DNA of 64,000 nucleotides from the human T2T-CHM13v2.0 reference genome, Homo sapiens: the NCBI RefSeq assembly GCF_009914755.1, contig NC_060926.1; one strand, 5' to 3'. Positions 40,426 to 53,631 of the stretch are shown piece by piece. The translations under genes were made by a program, and so were the position numbers. The notes beneath the pieces were generated by a model. The model was not told the DNA's origin and did not search any database. It worked only from the letters and a program-made list of their open reading frames with translations. Every line of letters starts with the position of its first letter. Within the stretch, counting starts at the first letter, position 1.

Positions 40426-40790
40426 GCCATAAAAAATAACGAGTTCATGTCCTTTGCAGGGACATGGATGAAGCTGGAAACCATCATTCTCAGCAAACTA
40501 ACACAGGAACAGAAAACCAAACAACGCATGTTCTCACTCATAAGTGGGAGTTGAACAATGAGAACACGTGGACACAGGGAGGGGAACATCACACACAGGG
40601 GCCTGTTGGGGGGTGGGGGGCAAGGGGAGGGAGAGCATTACGACAAATACCTAATGCATGTGGGGCTTAAAACCTGGATGACGGGTTGATAGGTGCAGCA
40701 AACCACCGTGGCACGTGTATACCTATGTAACAAACCAGCACATTCTGCACATGTATCCCAGAACTTAAAGTAAAATAAAAACATAATAAT
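40426..40790 (+). mobile_element. 5'-truncated L1PA8-like 3' end with a 13-bp TSD
   Basis: TSD aata(g/a)tgttgctt at 40413-40425 and 40791-40803 after a T-run; 3' UTR acaaatacctaatgcatgtggggcttaaaacc. Confidence 0.88.
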
Positions 40791-41994
40791 AATAATGTTG
40801 CTTTAATATGTATGTGTTGTTTCCTAACAGCTCTACTGAGATATAACTGTTGTACAATAAACTATATATTTAAAGTGTATGTGTGATAAGTTTGACACAG
40901 AAATATATCCATGAATACATCACCACAATTAAGACAGTGAACACAGCCGTCACCACCAAAGGTTTCCTCATGCCCCTTGGTAATCCCACTGTCTTGCCCC
41001 TCCCCCTCCCTCACCCCATTCCAGACAACCACTGGTCTGTTTTCTATCACTGCAGATCAGTTTGCACTTTCTATATGTTTTAGAAATAGAATCACACAGT
41101 ATATCCTCTTCTTTTTGTCTGGCTTCTCTTACTCAAAATTATTTGGAGATACATCAATGTTGTGTGTATTAATAGTTTATTTTTATTGCTAGGTGGTGTT
41201 CTATGGTACAGATATACCACCATTTGTTTATCCATTCACCTGTTGATGGACAGCTGAGTTGTTTAGAGTTTTTGGCAATTTCAAATAAAGATGTTGTGAA
41301 CATTCTTGGACAAATCTTTACACAGACAAAGGCTTGCATTTCTTGCTGGTATGTACCTAATGGATGGGTCCTCTGGCAGATGTATATTCAACTTTTAAAG
41401 AAACTGCCAAACTGTTTTCAAAAGTGTTTTATTGATTGCTTTACATTCCCACCAGCAGCTTATGAGAGTTCCAGCTGCTGCATATCTTTTCCAACACTTG
41501 GTATGATCACCAATTTTTATTTCAGACATTCCAATAGAGATACAGTGGTACCTAATTGTGGTTTTAATCTGTCTTTCTTATATGTTTTAATCTGCATTCC
41601 TCTTGAGCATTTTTTATGGATTTACTGGTCATCAATATATCTTTTTTGGTAAAATGTCTATTGAAATCTTTGCCCATGGTGCAGAGGTTAATTTTCTTAT
41701 AATTGAGTTTGGAATTTCTTTATATGTTCTGGTTATTCCAGGTCCTTGGATTGGGTTTGTAGATCGTTTGGACAGAATCTTAACAATAGTGAATCATTTT
41801 ATTCATAAACAGTTTATCTCTCCAATTATTTATGAACTCCTTAATTTCTCATAGCACATATAAGTCTTGCATGACTTTTGTCATATTTGTTTGCAGTATT
41901 TTTTATCTTCGATGCTGTTGTAAAGGCTATTTTTTGTTTCAATTTCTGATTGTTCATTGTTAGCATATAGAAATGTAATTAAATATTGTATCTT

Positions 41995-42523
41995 TTTTTG
42001 TTTTTTGGGGGGTTTTTGTTTGTTTGTTTGTTTTTTGTTTTAGAGACAGAATCTCGCTCTGTCGCCCAGGCTGGAGTGCAGTGGCGCGATCTTGGCTTAC
42101 TGCAACCTCCGCCTCCCTCCTGCCTCAGCCTCCCAAGTAGCTGGGATTACAGGCATGTGCCATCATACCCAGCATTTTTTTTTTTTTTTTTTTTGAGACG
42201 GAGTCTTGCTCTGTCGCCCAAGCTGGAGCGCAATGTCACAATCTCAGTTCACTGCAAACTCTACCTCCCGGGTTCAAGTGATTCTCCTGCCTCAGCCTCT
42301 TGAGTAGCTGGGATTACAGGCACGTGCCACCATGCCTGACTAATTTTTGTATTTTTGGGATTACAGGCACGTGCCACCATGCCTGACTAATTTTTGTATT
42401 TTTAGTAGAGGCAGAGTTTCACCATGTTGGTCAGGCTGTTCTCGAACTCCTGACCTCTGGTAATCCACTTGCCTCGGCTTCCCAAAGTGCTGGGATTACA
42501 GGTGTGAGCAACCATGCTGGGCC
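41995..42523 (-). mobile_element. Three-arm AluS structure (full Alu plus extra right arm) with an internal 47-bp tandem duplication
   Basis: Right arm at about 42041-42173, poly(T), then a full Alu at 42176-42523. Outer TSD tgtatctt at 41987-41994 and 42524-42531. Confidence 0.88.
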
Positions 42524-43068
42524 TGTATCTTGATCTTTTATTTTGCAACTTTGTTAAATTTACTTATTAGTTCTAGTAGCTTCTTTGTAGCTTTCACAGA
42601 ATTTTCTACACATGCAATCATGCCACGCCCAAATAAAGACAATTTTTCTCCTACCTCTCTTATCTGGAGGATTGTTTTCTTTTTCTTGCTATTTTATACT
42701 TCCTACATCCTCCAGTAAAATGTTGAATGGAGGAATGAACATCCTTGTCTTATTCTTGAACTTAGGGAAAAATCATTCAGTCTCTTACAATTAAATACAA
42801 TGTTAGTGGTAGATATTTCATAGATGCTAATTATTGTTAGGACGTTTACTTCTTTTCTTGGTTTCCTGGACATTTAGAATAGGAAAGGAGTTGATTTTAT
42901 CAGAATGTTTTGGATTTATTTTGTTAAGCATCTACTGAGATAATCATTTTATTTTTAAATTTTTAAATTTAAATTGTTAAATTGGTGAATCACATTGTTT
43001 GATTTTTGAATGTTAAATAACACTGAATTCCTTAGATAAACATCACTTGGTCATGATGTATTGTCCAT

Positions 43069-43838
43069 CAAAGGGTCTTCAAAACTTCATGGAAAGTGCA
43101 TATTACGAAAAAACTATGCATGGATTTCAAATTTTTTTGCATCAAAATACAGTTGTGCTAAATTGTTATAACATGTCTGAACAGAATCAAGTTTGAGGCA
43201 CTAGGAAAGATAAAATATCAGTTTGAAAAAGCTCTTAAGAGAGTAACATGAATTCTGCTAAAATTGAAGCAAGAGCAAGCATTAAATCTATTGTGAAGTT
43301 TGGATGGAAGAATGGTGAAATCATTGAAATCATCGACAAAGGTTAAAGCTAAAGCTAAAGCTTATGGTGACAATACCCCAAATAAATCATCAGTCTACAA
43401 ATGAGTAACTCATTTTAAGAAAAAAATAAGATGACATGGAAAATGAAGCTCACAATAGCAAGCCATTTACATCAATTTTTGAGGAAAAAAATCATCTTGT
43501 GTGTGCCCTAATTAAAGAGGACTGTTGATTAACAGCACAAACAATGGTGAACACCAAAGACATCTCAACTGATTCAGTTTACACAATTCTGAATGAAAAA
43601 TTAAAGTTCAGCAAACTTTCCACTGGATGGGTGTCAAAACTGTTGCACTCAGATCAGCTGTAGACAAGAATAGAGCTTTCAATTGAAATTTTAAACAAGT
43701 GGAATCCTGAAGCATTTCTTTAATGAATTGTAGCAGGAGATAAAACATGACTTTACCAATGCAATCCTGAAGACAAAGCACAATCAAAGCAATGGCTACC
43801 AAGAGGCGGAAGTGGTCCAGTCAAAGCAAAAGCAGATG
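43069..43838 (+). mobile_element. HSMAR2 mariner transposon, 5' ITR plus N-terminal half of a decayed transposase
   Basis: ITR caaagggtcttcaaaacttcatggaaa; ATG at 43248 reading MNSAKIEAR..; later IVAGDKT and KAQSKQWLPRGGSGPVKAKAD motifs. The 3' half is missing. Confidence 0.92.
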
Positions 43839-45489
43839 TCTGCTTTTGAGTATCAGTGTAATGCTGTCTTATAGGTTGAGTTGAAAAATATTTTTTCGTC
43901 TTCAATTTTCTGGAAAAGTCTGTGTAGAATTGATATTTTTCTTCCTTAAATGTTTGGTAGAATTTCCCCATGAAACTCTCTAGGACTGGAGTTTTCTTTG
44001 TGGGAAAGTTTTTAAATATGAGTTCAACTTTTAAGAAATAAGAATACTCAGTTTACTTACATTTTTGAATGAGGCTTTATAGTTTGTATCTTTCAAGAAA
44101 TTTGTCCATTTAATCTAAGTTGTAGAATTGATTGGCTAAAGTTCTCCTTTATTATCCTTTAAATAACTCTTTATTGATAATTCATATCTACTCTCTCTTT
44201 TTCTAGTCAGTCTAGCTACAGGTTTATCAATTTTATTGATAATTTTATTGATCGATTTTATCAAAGAATCAACTTTGGGTTTTATTGATTTTTCTCTATT
44301 CTTTTTCTTGTTTTTAAATTTATTTCCATTGTGATGTTTATTTTTTTTCTTCTTACTTTGGTGTTCTCTCTTTTTAATTTCTCAAGGTAGAAGTTGAGGT
44401 CATTGATTTGTAACTTTTTTTGATATAGACATTTAGTACTATAAATTTTCCTTTAAATATGACTTTAGCTGCTTCCCACAAATTTTTATATATTTTCATT
44501 ATTGCCAATTCAAAATAGTTTTTAACTTTGCTTTTGATTGCTTCTTTGACCCATGGGTATTTTTAAGTGTACTATTTAATCTCCAAATACTGGAGAGGGT
44601 GGTGGGTTGAAATACCTTTCTGTCATTAAAGTTTTAATTTACTTGCTTTGTGGTCAGAGAATGATTTGATTTGGATTCTATTATATTTACTGATATTTGT
44701 TTTATGGTAGAGTATAGTCTATCTTGGTAAACAGATATCCCATGGAAACTTGAAAAGAATGTTTCTTCTGTTGTTGTTGGGAAGTGTGATCTATAAATGT
44801 CAATTAGAACAAATTTATCTGTAGTGTTGTTCAGATCTCCTATATCCTTACTGATTTGTCTATTCACCTATTCTATTGAGTACTAGAAGATAGCTGTTCA
44901 CATTTGACTATAATTATGTATTTACCTATTTCTTCTTGCAGCTCATTTTTTGCTTCTTGTATGTTTAGGATTGTAATATCCTATTGAGAAATTGAAACTT
45001 TTATCACTATAAAATGATATTCTTTATTCTTGATAATATTATTTGTTCAGAAATCTACTTTATCTGATATTAAAATAGCTGCTCCTTCCTTTTGATTAGG
45101 TTAGCATGAAATACCTTTTTATATTCTTTTATTTTTGACTTATTTATGTCTTTAATTTCAAGTGGATTTGGGGGTTTTGATTTCTTATCAAATCTGAAAA
45201 TTGTGACTTTTGGTTGGGATATTTACATTTACTGTAATTAATAATACACTTGGATTTTAATCTACTATATTGCTATTGGTTTTCTATTTGTCCCATCTGT
45301 TTCTTTTATTTCTTTCCCACTTTTTTTGAATTAATTGAATATTTGTAATAATTCCATTTTATTTGGATGGTTGATTTGTTAACTATAACTATTTCTTTTG
45401 TTATTTTAGTAGTTTTTAAGGATTTATTTCATTCATCTTTAACTTATTACAGTCTACCTTTGAACAATATACCATTTTACATGTGGTAC

Positions 45490-45950
45490 ATGATGGTTAA
45501 TTTTATGTCTCAACTTGACTGGACTATGGGATTCCCAGATAGCTGGTAAACTTTATTTCTGGGTGTGTCAGTGAGAGTGTTTCTGGAAGAGTTTAGCATT
45601 TGATTCAGTAGACTGGGAAAGAAGATCCATTCTCACCTGTGGGGATGGGCGTCATCCAATCTGTTCAGAGTCCAAAGAGAAAGACAGGTGGAAGAAGAAA
45701 AAACTATTTCTCACTTCTTGAACTGGGATACCATCTTCTTTTGCCCTCAGATAAAAGAGGTCCTGCTTCTTGAGCCTTCAGACTCTGGGACTAACACCAG
45801 AACCATCCTTTTATCCCCTTACACCTTTGACTCCTCTGGTTCTCAGACCTTTGGACTCAAACTGAATTCCTGGTTCTCCAGCTTGCAGACAGCATATCAT
45901 GAGATTTTTTTGGCTTCCATAATCACACGTCAATTCCCATAATAAATCTC

Positions 45951-46001
<51 letters not shown>

Positions 46002-46038
46002 TATTAGTTCTGTTTTTCTGGAGAACTTGGACTAATAC
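45490..46038 (+). mobile_element. MLT2B-type LTR containing (AT)22 at 45956-45999
   Basis: tgatggttaattttatgtctcaacttgactgg..cccagatagctggtaaac..cctattagttctgtttttctggagaac..ctaatac. Confidence 0.88.
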
Positions 46039-46039
46039 T

Positions 46040-46140
46040 TTGCTACTCCAGAGGCTACAATAGGAGGACTGCTTAAGCCCAAGAGTTTGAGGCTAGCCTG
46101 CATAACATAGCAAGACCCTACCTCCAAAAAAAAAAAAAAA
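46040..46140 (+). mobile_element. FLAM/AluJ-type monomer fragment with A-tail
   Basis: ggaggactgcttaagcccaagagtttgaggctagcctg..aacatagcaagaccc..aaaa. Confidence 0.75.
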
Positions 46141-46497
46141 ATTCTCATGCTGCTAATAAAGACATACCCCAGATTGGGTAATTTATAAAGGAAAGAAGTT
46201 TAATTGACTCACAGTTCCACATGACTGTGGAGGCCTCACAATCATGGTGGAAGGTGAAGGAGAAGCAAAGTCACATTTTACATGGCAGCAAGCAAGAGGG
46301 CATGTGCCAAGGAACTCCCCTTTATAAAACCTTCAGATCTCATGAGACTTATTCACTATCATGAGAACAACATGGGAAAAATATACCCCCATGATTCAGT
46401 TATCTCCTACCAGGTCTCTCCCATGACCCATGGGTATAATGGTATTATTACAATTCAAAGTGAGATTTAGGTGGGGATACAGAGCCAAACCATAACA
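46141..46497 (-). mobile_element. THE1C-like MaLR LTR
   Basis: ttctcatgctgctaataaagacataccc..ggcctcacaatcatgg..gagccaaaccataaca. Confidence 0.88.
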
Positions 46498-46499
46498 CC

Positions 46500-47990
46500 T
46501 ATATACCTCATTTTTCACTGTTTCACATTTCTAATGGAAATTTTATCCATTATTTCTTCAATTTTTTTATCCTGCCTCTCTCTCCTCTTTAAGGGCTTCA
46601 GTTACACACAGACTAGTTAGAATTGCCTCACAGTTGATTGGTGCTCTGTTTCTCTCTCTCTCTTTTTTTTTTTTTTTTTTTTTGAGATGGACTCTCGCTC
46701 TGTCACCCAAGCTGGAGTGCATCTCAACCCACTGAGGCCTCTGCCTCCCAGGTTCAAGCAAGATGGGGCTTCGCCATGTTGGCCAGGCTGGTCTTGAACT
46801 CCTGAGCTCAAGTAATCCACCTGCCTTGGCCCCCCAAAGTGCTGGGATTACAGGCATAAGCCACTGCACTCTGCCTCAATCTGTTTTTCTATCTGTGTTT
46901 TATCTTGGATAGTTTCTATGCCTATGTCTTCAAGTTCACTGATGCTTTCTTCTATAATGTCTAATCTGTTGTTAATCTCATTCAGTGTATTTTTTTTTCT
47001 CTTGGACATTGTGGGTTTTGTACCTTCCGTGTCTCTACCTAACATTCTTAATCTTTTTGCTAGTTTTTTTATAAACTTAAAACAGTTATAATTGTTTCAG
47101 TGTCCTTGTCTATAAATTCTATCATCTGTTTAATTCCTTAGTTGGCTTCTATTGATAGGTTTTTCTCTTTGTGGGACATATTTTTCTGCTTCTTTGCATG
47201 TCTCGTAATTTTTTATAAGGTTGCTAGACGTTGTGAATTTTACCTTGTTGGGTACTGGATATTTTTACATTTCTATAAATATTTTGAGCTTTCTTCTGTG
47301 ACACAATTAAGTTGCTTGGAAACAGCTTGGTCCTTTCAGGAATTTTTTAAGCTTTGTTAGGTAGAATCAACATTTAATCTGGAACTAACTTTTCTCACTA
47401 CTGAAAAATAACTCTTCTGAGTATTCTACTCAATGTCCTATAAATTATAATGTTTTCCACTTGAAATGAAAGAAATAGAAACTATTCCTGGCCCTAAAAT
47501 CTTCAGAGGTATTTTTTCTCTAATTCTTTTAGGTAATTCTTTCTCTAGCCTTGTGTAGCCTCCTCAATGCATGTGCTGATTAGCACTGCTCAGCAGATGA
47601 TCTGAGTAAAACCCTCTATAGAGCTCTGGAGCTCTTTCTCTATGAAAGTTTCTTCATTCTGCCACTCTACCTTGAGAACTCTAGCCACCTTGCTTCCCCA
47701 GAATTCCAGCTATGTCTTCTAAGGAACTTGCCAGAATTCACTGGGTTTCCCCTCCCTGTACCATGACCTGGAAACTCTCTCCAGGCAATAAGCTGAAGTG
47801 ATCATAAGACTCATTTCATTTGTTTCCCATATTTTCAGGATCTCCATCCTTGTTGTCTTTATGTATAATGACTTGAAAGCCATTATTTTATATACTTTAT
47901 CCAGTTTTACAGTTGGTTGGGGGTGGAAAGGTAAACCTTATCCTTGTTACTTCATCCTAGTTCGAAGAGGAAGTCCTGAATATACCTTTA
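46500..47990 (-). mobile_element. Old L1M 5' region (ORF1 coiled-coil remnant and 5' UTR)
   Basis: NTLNEINNRLDIIEESISELEDIGIETIQ (46848-47045) is an L1 ORF1-like heptad peptide. Confidence 0.7.
46663..46872 (-). mobile_element. Internally deleted Alu
   Basis: Poly(T), gagatggactctcgctctgtcaccc..ggttcaagc joined directly to agatggggcttcgccatgttggccagg..gggattacaggc. Confidence 0.85.
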
Positions 47991-48968
47991 TCATAGCAGT
48001 TCCTATATCTGTCCATGTAATGGCCCCTTACAAGACCATACCTTCTTTGAGACTAGGAACATACTTTACCCACTACTAAACACATAAAATACATTTAATT
48101 AGTATTGATTAAACTGAGTTATTATGATAGAATGTGTCTCAATCATTCCCACTCTAGTAATGACATGGAAGATATAACTCTCTTTTGTTTAATATAGGGT
48201 ATGGGAATTAGGATTTCTGGGTTCTGATCCTACTTCTACTATCAAAGAGCCTATATAGTTTTGGAAAAATATATAATCTTGATAGTTCTTGATAATGAAA
48301 TGAGGATAACTGCTCTTGCTAATTTCAGAAGATCACTAGGATGAATTTTCTAAGCGCTAAAAAATCAGCCCAACACAAAGATTACTGAAGGCAATAGCAA
48401 GAATCTCCCAGAGTGCCTAAGAAATGACCATACCTGGAAATACATTTTTGAAGTTAACATCACTGAATACTTATCAACATTACCTTCCAGAATTGTAAAG
48501 TGCTGGAACAGGAAGAAAGAACTGAAAGGATCTCTTCGCATTTTACAGATAGGAAACCTGAGCCCAGAGAGGTTAAGTGAACTGTGCAAGGACATTCAGA
48601 CAGTCAGTGACAGAACTGGGAAAACAGCTCTTCTCATCACAATGCCACATCTTTCTGTCTAAACCATCACTTTCTTATTGTTTTCATTGATTTTTGTTCA
48701 CTTATTCTTTGGCATTCCTGATGATTTCACAATCTCAGTGGGGGTCATTTCCACGGGTGTAGTGGATTGCAATGTCACAAATTTTTAAAGAAATTAACTA
48801 ATCCAAAGGTCACTTGCATAACTGCCACGGTACACATTAGGAGGATGATTTACAGATGCAGAGAATATTCAGCAGCAAAGGGTTCTCTGGCAGGAATAGT
48901 GTTAATTCTATGCCACATGCTGTAGTTTGAAGCTGGAACATTATTAGGGAAAGAAAACCCAAGACCAG

Positions 48969-49352
48969 TGTGTTAGTCTGTTCTCATGCTGCTATGAGGA
49001 AATACCCAAGACTGGGTAATTATAAAGGAAAAGGGTTTAATTGAATTCTCCACAGGGCTAGGGAGGCCTTGGGAAACTTACAATCAGGGTGGAAGGGAAA
49101 GCAAACACATCCTTCTCCACATGGCAACAGGAAGGAGAAGAATGAGAGAAGTGCAGAGCAAAGGGATAAAAGCCCCACACAAAATTATCACATCTCATGA
49201 GAACTCACTCACTAACATGTGAACTGCATGAGGGAACCATCCCCATGATTCCGTCACCTCCCACAAGGTCCCTCCCTTAACACATGGAGATTACAATTTG
49301 AATTACAATTCAAGATGAAATTTGGGTAGGGACACAAAGCCAGACCGTATCA
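48969..49352 (-). mobile_element. THE1D-like MaLR LTR
   Basis: tgtgttagtctgttctcatgctgctatgaggaaatacccaagactggg..gccagaccgtatca; flanks acca(g/a) are TSD-like. Confidence 0.88.
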
Positions 49353-50279
49353 ACCAACATATTTTAGTATTTAACTAACCAGTGATCATCAGAATTAAAA
49401 GAAACACCACTGTATCTTAGGGCAGACCCTGACCAATCAAAACCAAGGGCTTGACAGATGAAAGTAATCCAGGGCAGGAACTGAAGGGAGAAGAGTCCAT
49501 AGGGATGGATGCTGAATGAAATCTACTTAGCTTCCAATCTACTGAACTTCCTCTATTGGACAAACCCAAAAAACACAGACCACAAAAAGGGAAAAATCAG
49601 AAAATAAGGTCCTCCAAGACACAATGTAACAAAAGTCCAAGGGACCTTCCTGGAGCTGAGGTCAAGTGGAAGAGGAGACTGGCAGGAAGCCTGGAAGTAT
49701 TGGGCACTCATATTTTGCTTGAGTTGTGCCTAAGATGGTAATGGATTTTTCCATTACAATATCCTAGAGCATCTCAGCAATATCCAAAGCATCCTTTAGA
49801 ATGAATCCTCTTCTTCTGGGTTGATGGTGGAATGCAAACTTGCTCCCTGGCTTCTGAACATTTCTTATAAGCAGACTCTCTGCTAGAGGAGCTCAACAAA
49901 GGGTCTATGCAGCCATTCACGCTGTGATCTTTGAGAATGCCCTGCCCCTCAGTTGTTCAGTGTGCATCCTCAAAACTGTGTGTAGCAGCCCTGCTATGAT
50001 ATTTTGAGACATGGTACATAGGAGCTATTTGTTGTTCCACATAACTAACAAGGGCTCCAGTGATCTTATAAGACTCACTTCTTTAATTCAAGTTCTAAAG
50101 AAAAACATTTATCTTTCTCTTTGGCCAATATTTGGGTTTCTGATATTTGGTTTGCAACACTGAAAAGAATAGAGGTCCAGCTAAGTAGAAAAATATCTTT
50201 ATTCAGAAGTGATAAAAATTATGCATTTAAAGACTGAGGAAGCAAAGCCTCACATGGATATAGACATTTGTGTATTTCT

Positions 50280-50600
50280 ATATCAGTCAGGATAGGTTAG
50301 ATTATGCTGCAGTAATTTAAAAACCCAAACTTTCAGTGGCACAAAGCTACAAATGTTTATTTCTTGTTCACATCATGCATCCCTGGGAGATCAAGCAGGG
50401 GCTCTCACTCCAAGGCCCAAGCTGATGGAGCAGCTACTATCTGGAACTTTGCCAGCAAATATAACAGAAGGAAAAGAGAATGCTTGTTTCTCACAGCTTC
50501 CACCTAGAAGTGACACATATTGGCTTTAATTAACATTATCAACCAATCCAAGTCACATGATGGTGTCTGCCAGTGTCCAGGAAGTGGAATTCTTCCCACA
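50280..50600 (-). mobile_element. MLT1K/L LTR
   Basis: tatcagtcaggataggttagattatgctgcagtaa..aaacccaaactttcagtggc..gtttatttcttgttcac. Confidence 0.7.
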
Positions 50601-51039
50601 AGGAGGTGAACTGCCAATTGGCGAACAATGGTTCAGTTAGGCCGGCATGAAAATAAAGGGTTTCAGGGAAGTCAATCTAGGATGGTGACCTAATATTTGG
50701 GAACAAGATTTATTTTTTATTCATTTGTTTGTTCATTCATTCATTCACTTAACTAGACCATTACTTACCTAGAGTGAGGGGAGAATACTGCCTTGCTTAG
50801 GAGAGGTAAATGAGACCAGCCACAAAATTCCAAAGAAATAGGCTAAGAATCAGCAAGAAACCATGAATCTTGCTGAACACAGCGAGAAAAAATGTAGAAA
50901 GGAATAGCAGAGATTGGGTAGAGGAAGAAGGAGAACCCAGTGAGCTACCAAAAGCACATCACTGAGGGACATTTGAGGAGTAGGGAGAACATCAGAAAGG
51001 ACAATAAATTGAAATTGAGACCTGTCCCCAGACAGCAGC

Positions 51040-51570
51040 CATCAACTGCCCTCAAGTAGCAGTGTCTGGACACAGACTCCTGGACCCGGAAGATGCTCTC
51101 GTACACTCACCAACAGACCAGTGCGCTTCCCAACAAGGCCGCAGACCACTCCACGGCCCAGCCGCCCTCCTGGGACAGCCACCATCTTCCTCTCCCTTTT
51201 CCATCTTGAATGGCAATTAGGAGAAGGTTAACTGAGTGTCTTTCTCCCAGGAATCCTCTTCCACTTTTCAAAATCACAGCATTAGCAAAAGAAAATCCCA
51301 GCTTAGGCTAACAGGTAGGAACGTGGTGCAGCCCTGGGAGCTGCTGTTGGAAGTGGGGAGATTGGGTGAATCTTCCCAGCGGGAGGTTAATACTCATCAT
51401 TCGAAGTTGCAGCTGAGGCCCATTTGAGTGACAGGCAGCCGGGAGCTGAAAGAGCCGCTCGGATCCCAGAACTGCTGGCATGCGGGCTTGAAAGAGATTT
51501 ATTTCAGGATAATTAGCTGGGAGTATTAAAGGTGGCCAGGAAGATCCGCAATTACTGTTTAGCAAACAGA
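51040..51570. promoter_or_regulatory. Putative enhancer with a PBX-PREP/MEIS decamer and FOX sites
   Basis: TGAGTGACAG at 51425-51434, tgtttagcaaaca at 51556-51568, TAATTAG/CAATTA cores, retained CpGs, no repeats. Confidence 0.5.
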
Positions 51571-53631
51571 AAGAAGACACACACATGAAAAAAAAAAAAA
51601 GCCAAAAATGAAATTAAAAGACCCAAATTTTTCTCCACTTGAAAATTGTTGAATAATTGAAAAAAAAAAAAAAGAGCTCAAAGCAACTTCATTGCATTGA
51701 CATACATGCAAAAGTGTTAGAGGAGGAAGGAAGGGGAAACAGAGAGGAAGGAATGGGATCTTGGGTGACAAGGCTAATGGCAAAAATACTCTCACCAAAA
51801 CTGAGTATTTGGAGGGCAGAATCTTAAGGCAAATTGTTCTTACATCAAATGGAAAGTTCTTGCACCTCTTTTCTTTTTGCTTCCTTTTACCCACACAAAA
51901 AGAACTATGTCAACACCAGTATTCCTTCAGTTTAAAAGAAAATCAAATCAAATCTTAAAGTGCAAGTATCTGAAACAAGAAGTTTCACATTTCCCAGACA
52001 TTTCACAAGAAAAACTGAAAAAGAGAGAGGGAAGGAAGCAATGAGGGAGAGAGGAGGCCCTGTTCCTTCATCACTTGTGCCCTAGAGGAAATCAGCACCT
52101 TCATCTGGAGCCAAAGGAACTGCCAGCCCTTCACCTTTTAGAGTTGGAGTTGGAGGGCTGAGAGAGCTCCTTCTCCTGTTTTCTACTTTTGCACCCTGGC
52201 TGGAGATGAGGTTGTCCAAAAAGGAAGATATTATATTTTTACCTCGTTTTATCATGAGAGGATCAAGTATAGAATTTTCTAAGTAGTCTGATTAATGACA
52301 GTTTTGTTCCTTATTTGGGACAGGCAGACTGGATGGCATCTTCCTCGCCACACCTGGTCACCAACCTTGGCCAAAGCAGTAAATACAACTGCACCCATCA
52401 CAAGGCTTCATTTCTGGAGTGTGCCAAGGAGGGGCCCATATGGCTCCTGATTACTCACGGAATCCACTCAATAGAGATGCATTCTTTCCTTAGCTTTTAA
52501 ATGTTCACTCCCAGGTGTGTCCCCATAAAAAGGCTCCTTGGAAAGTGGAGCCTTACATTTTTATGGGCTAAGGTATTGGCCCAGAGTCTTTCAAAAGACT
52601 TCAGAAATAAATGTCAGGTCCCTGGTTGAGGGATCTGAGGAAGAGGCACCAAGAGAGAGGAGAGGGCTGACCGAGGGGAAGGGAGGCCACATTGCTCCCC
52701 GGGTTTGCCGCGTTCTCAAACCTGGTCAAGAGAAAATGCTACACTAACTACTCACAAGGCTGGTGGGTTCACAAAGAAAGACCCAGTCTCTGGCCTTGCC
52801 TGTTTACATCTTGATGAAAAGATCTGCAAAATTTTTAAATACATGAAACAAGAGTTTATATTATTTATAAAAACATACATATATAGTAAACATACAAAGT
52901 GTGCATGGGAAGGATGCACACAAACTTCTCAGAGGGATGAGGCCTGGGATTTCAGCTCTGACAAGTCTTTATTCTTTATGAAAGATAGTAACACTAAAGG
53001 GAAATGAGGAAAGGGAAACTGCTTGAGAAGAGCTATGGGGGCAATCCTGCTTTGCCATGCCTTCGTGTGTCCCAAGGAAGATGTGAGGTTAACCTGGGAA
53101 AGTTCTCTTCTCATACATACACGCCTGATCTCTCATGACTCCTCTCATTATGTGGTCAGTCCTGATTTCTTGACCCATGATGTCCTGAAGCTACAGAGAG
53201 AAGTCTCCTGCTCTTCAGGCCTCCTTTCCTCACAAGATCACAGCTTCAGGCAGAGAGAACAGTGTCTTCGGTCTGTTCAAGATTCCCCATAAAGCCTATC
53301 ACAGAGCTGGGCTCCTGTAGGTGTGCAGTAGTGAAATGGGATTCTGAAAGGAGATGAGGTTCTGTTTTTCAGGCAATTGGGAACAATTAGCCAATATTCA
53401 GGGATGTTTGCTAGAGTATTGTTTACAATAGGAAAAAATGGAAACAATCTAAATATTTATCAATAGGAAATGGTTTACTTGAATTATAATATATCAGTAA
53501 TTGGAGTATTTTACAGAATATTTGAAAGAATGAGATAGAGTTATGGAATAATACCCTAAATATAGTAAATAGAAAATGTAAATCCTACTTTAAATACATT
53601 CACACAAAAAAAAAGTAACACTTTGAACACA

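Larger units (their letters stand above)
40825..45490 (-). mobile_element. Fragmented old L1 (L1ME/L1MD-type) 3' UTR and ORF2, interrupted by Alu and HSMAR2
   Basis: 3' end aacagctctactgagatataac..; ORF2 remnants such as IGDLNNTTDKFVLIDIYR (44634-44867) and FYQTFKEE. Confidence 0.8.
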
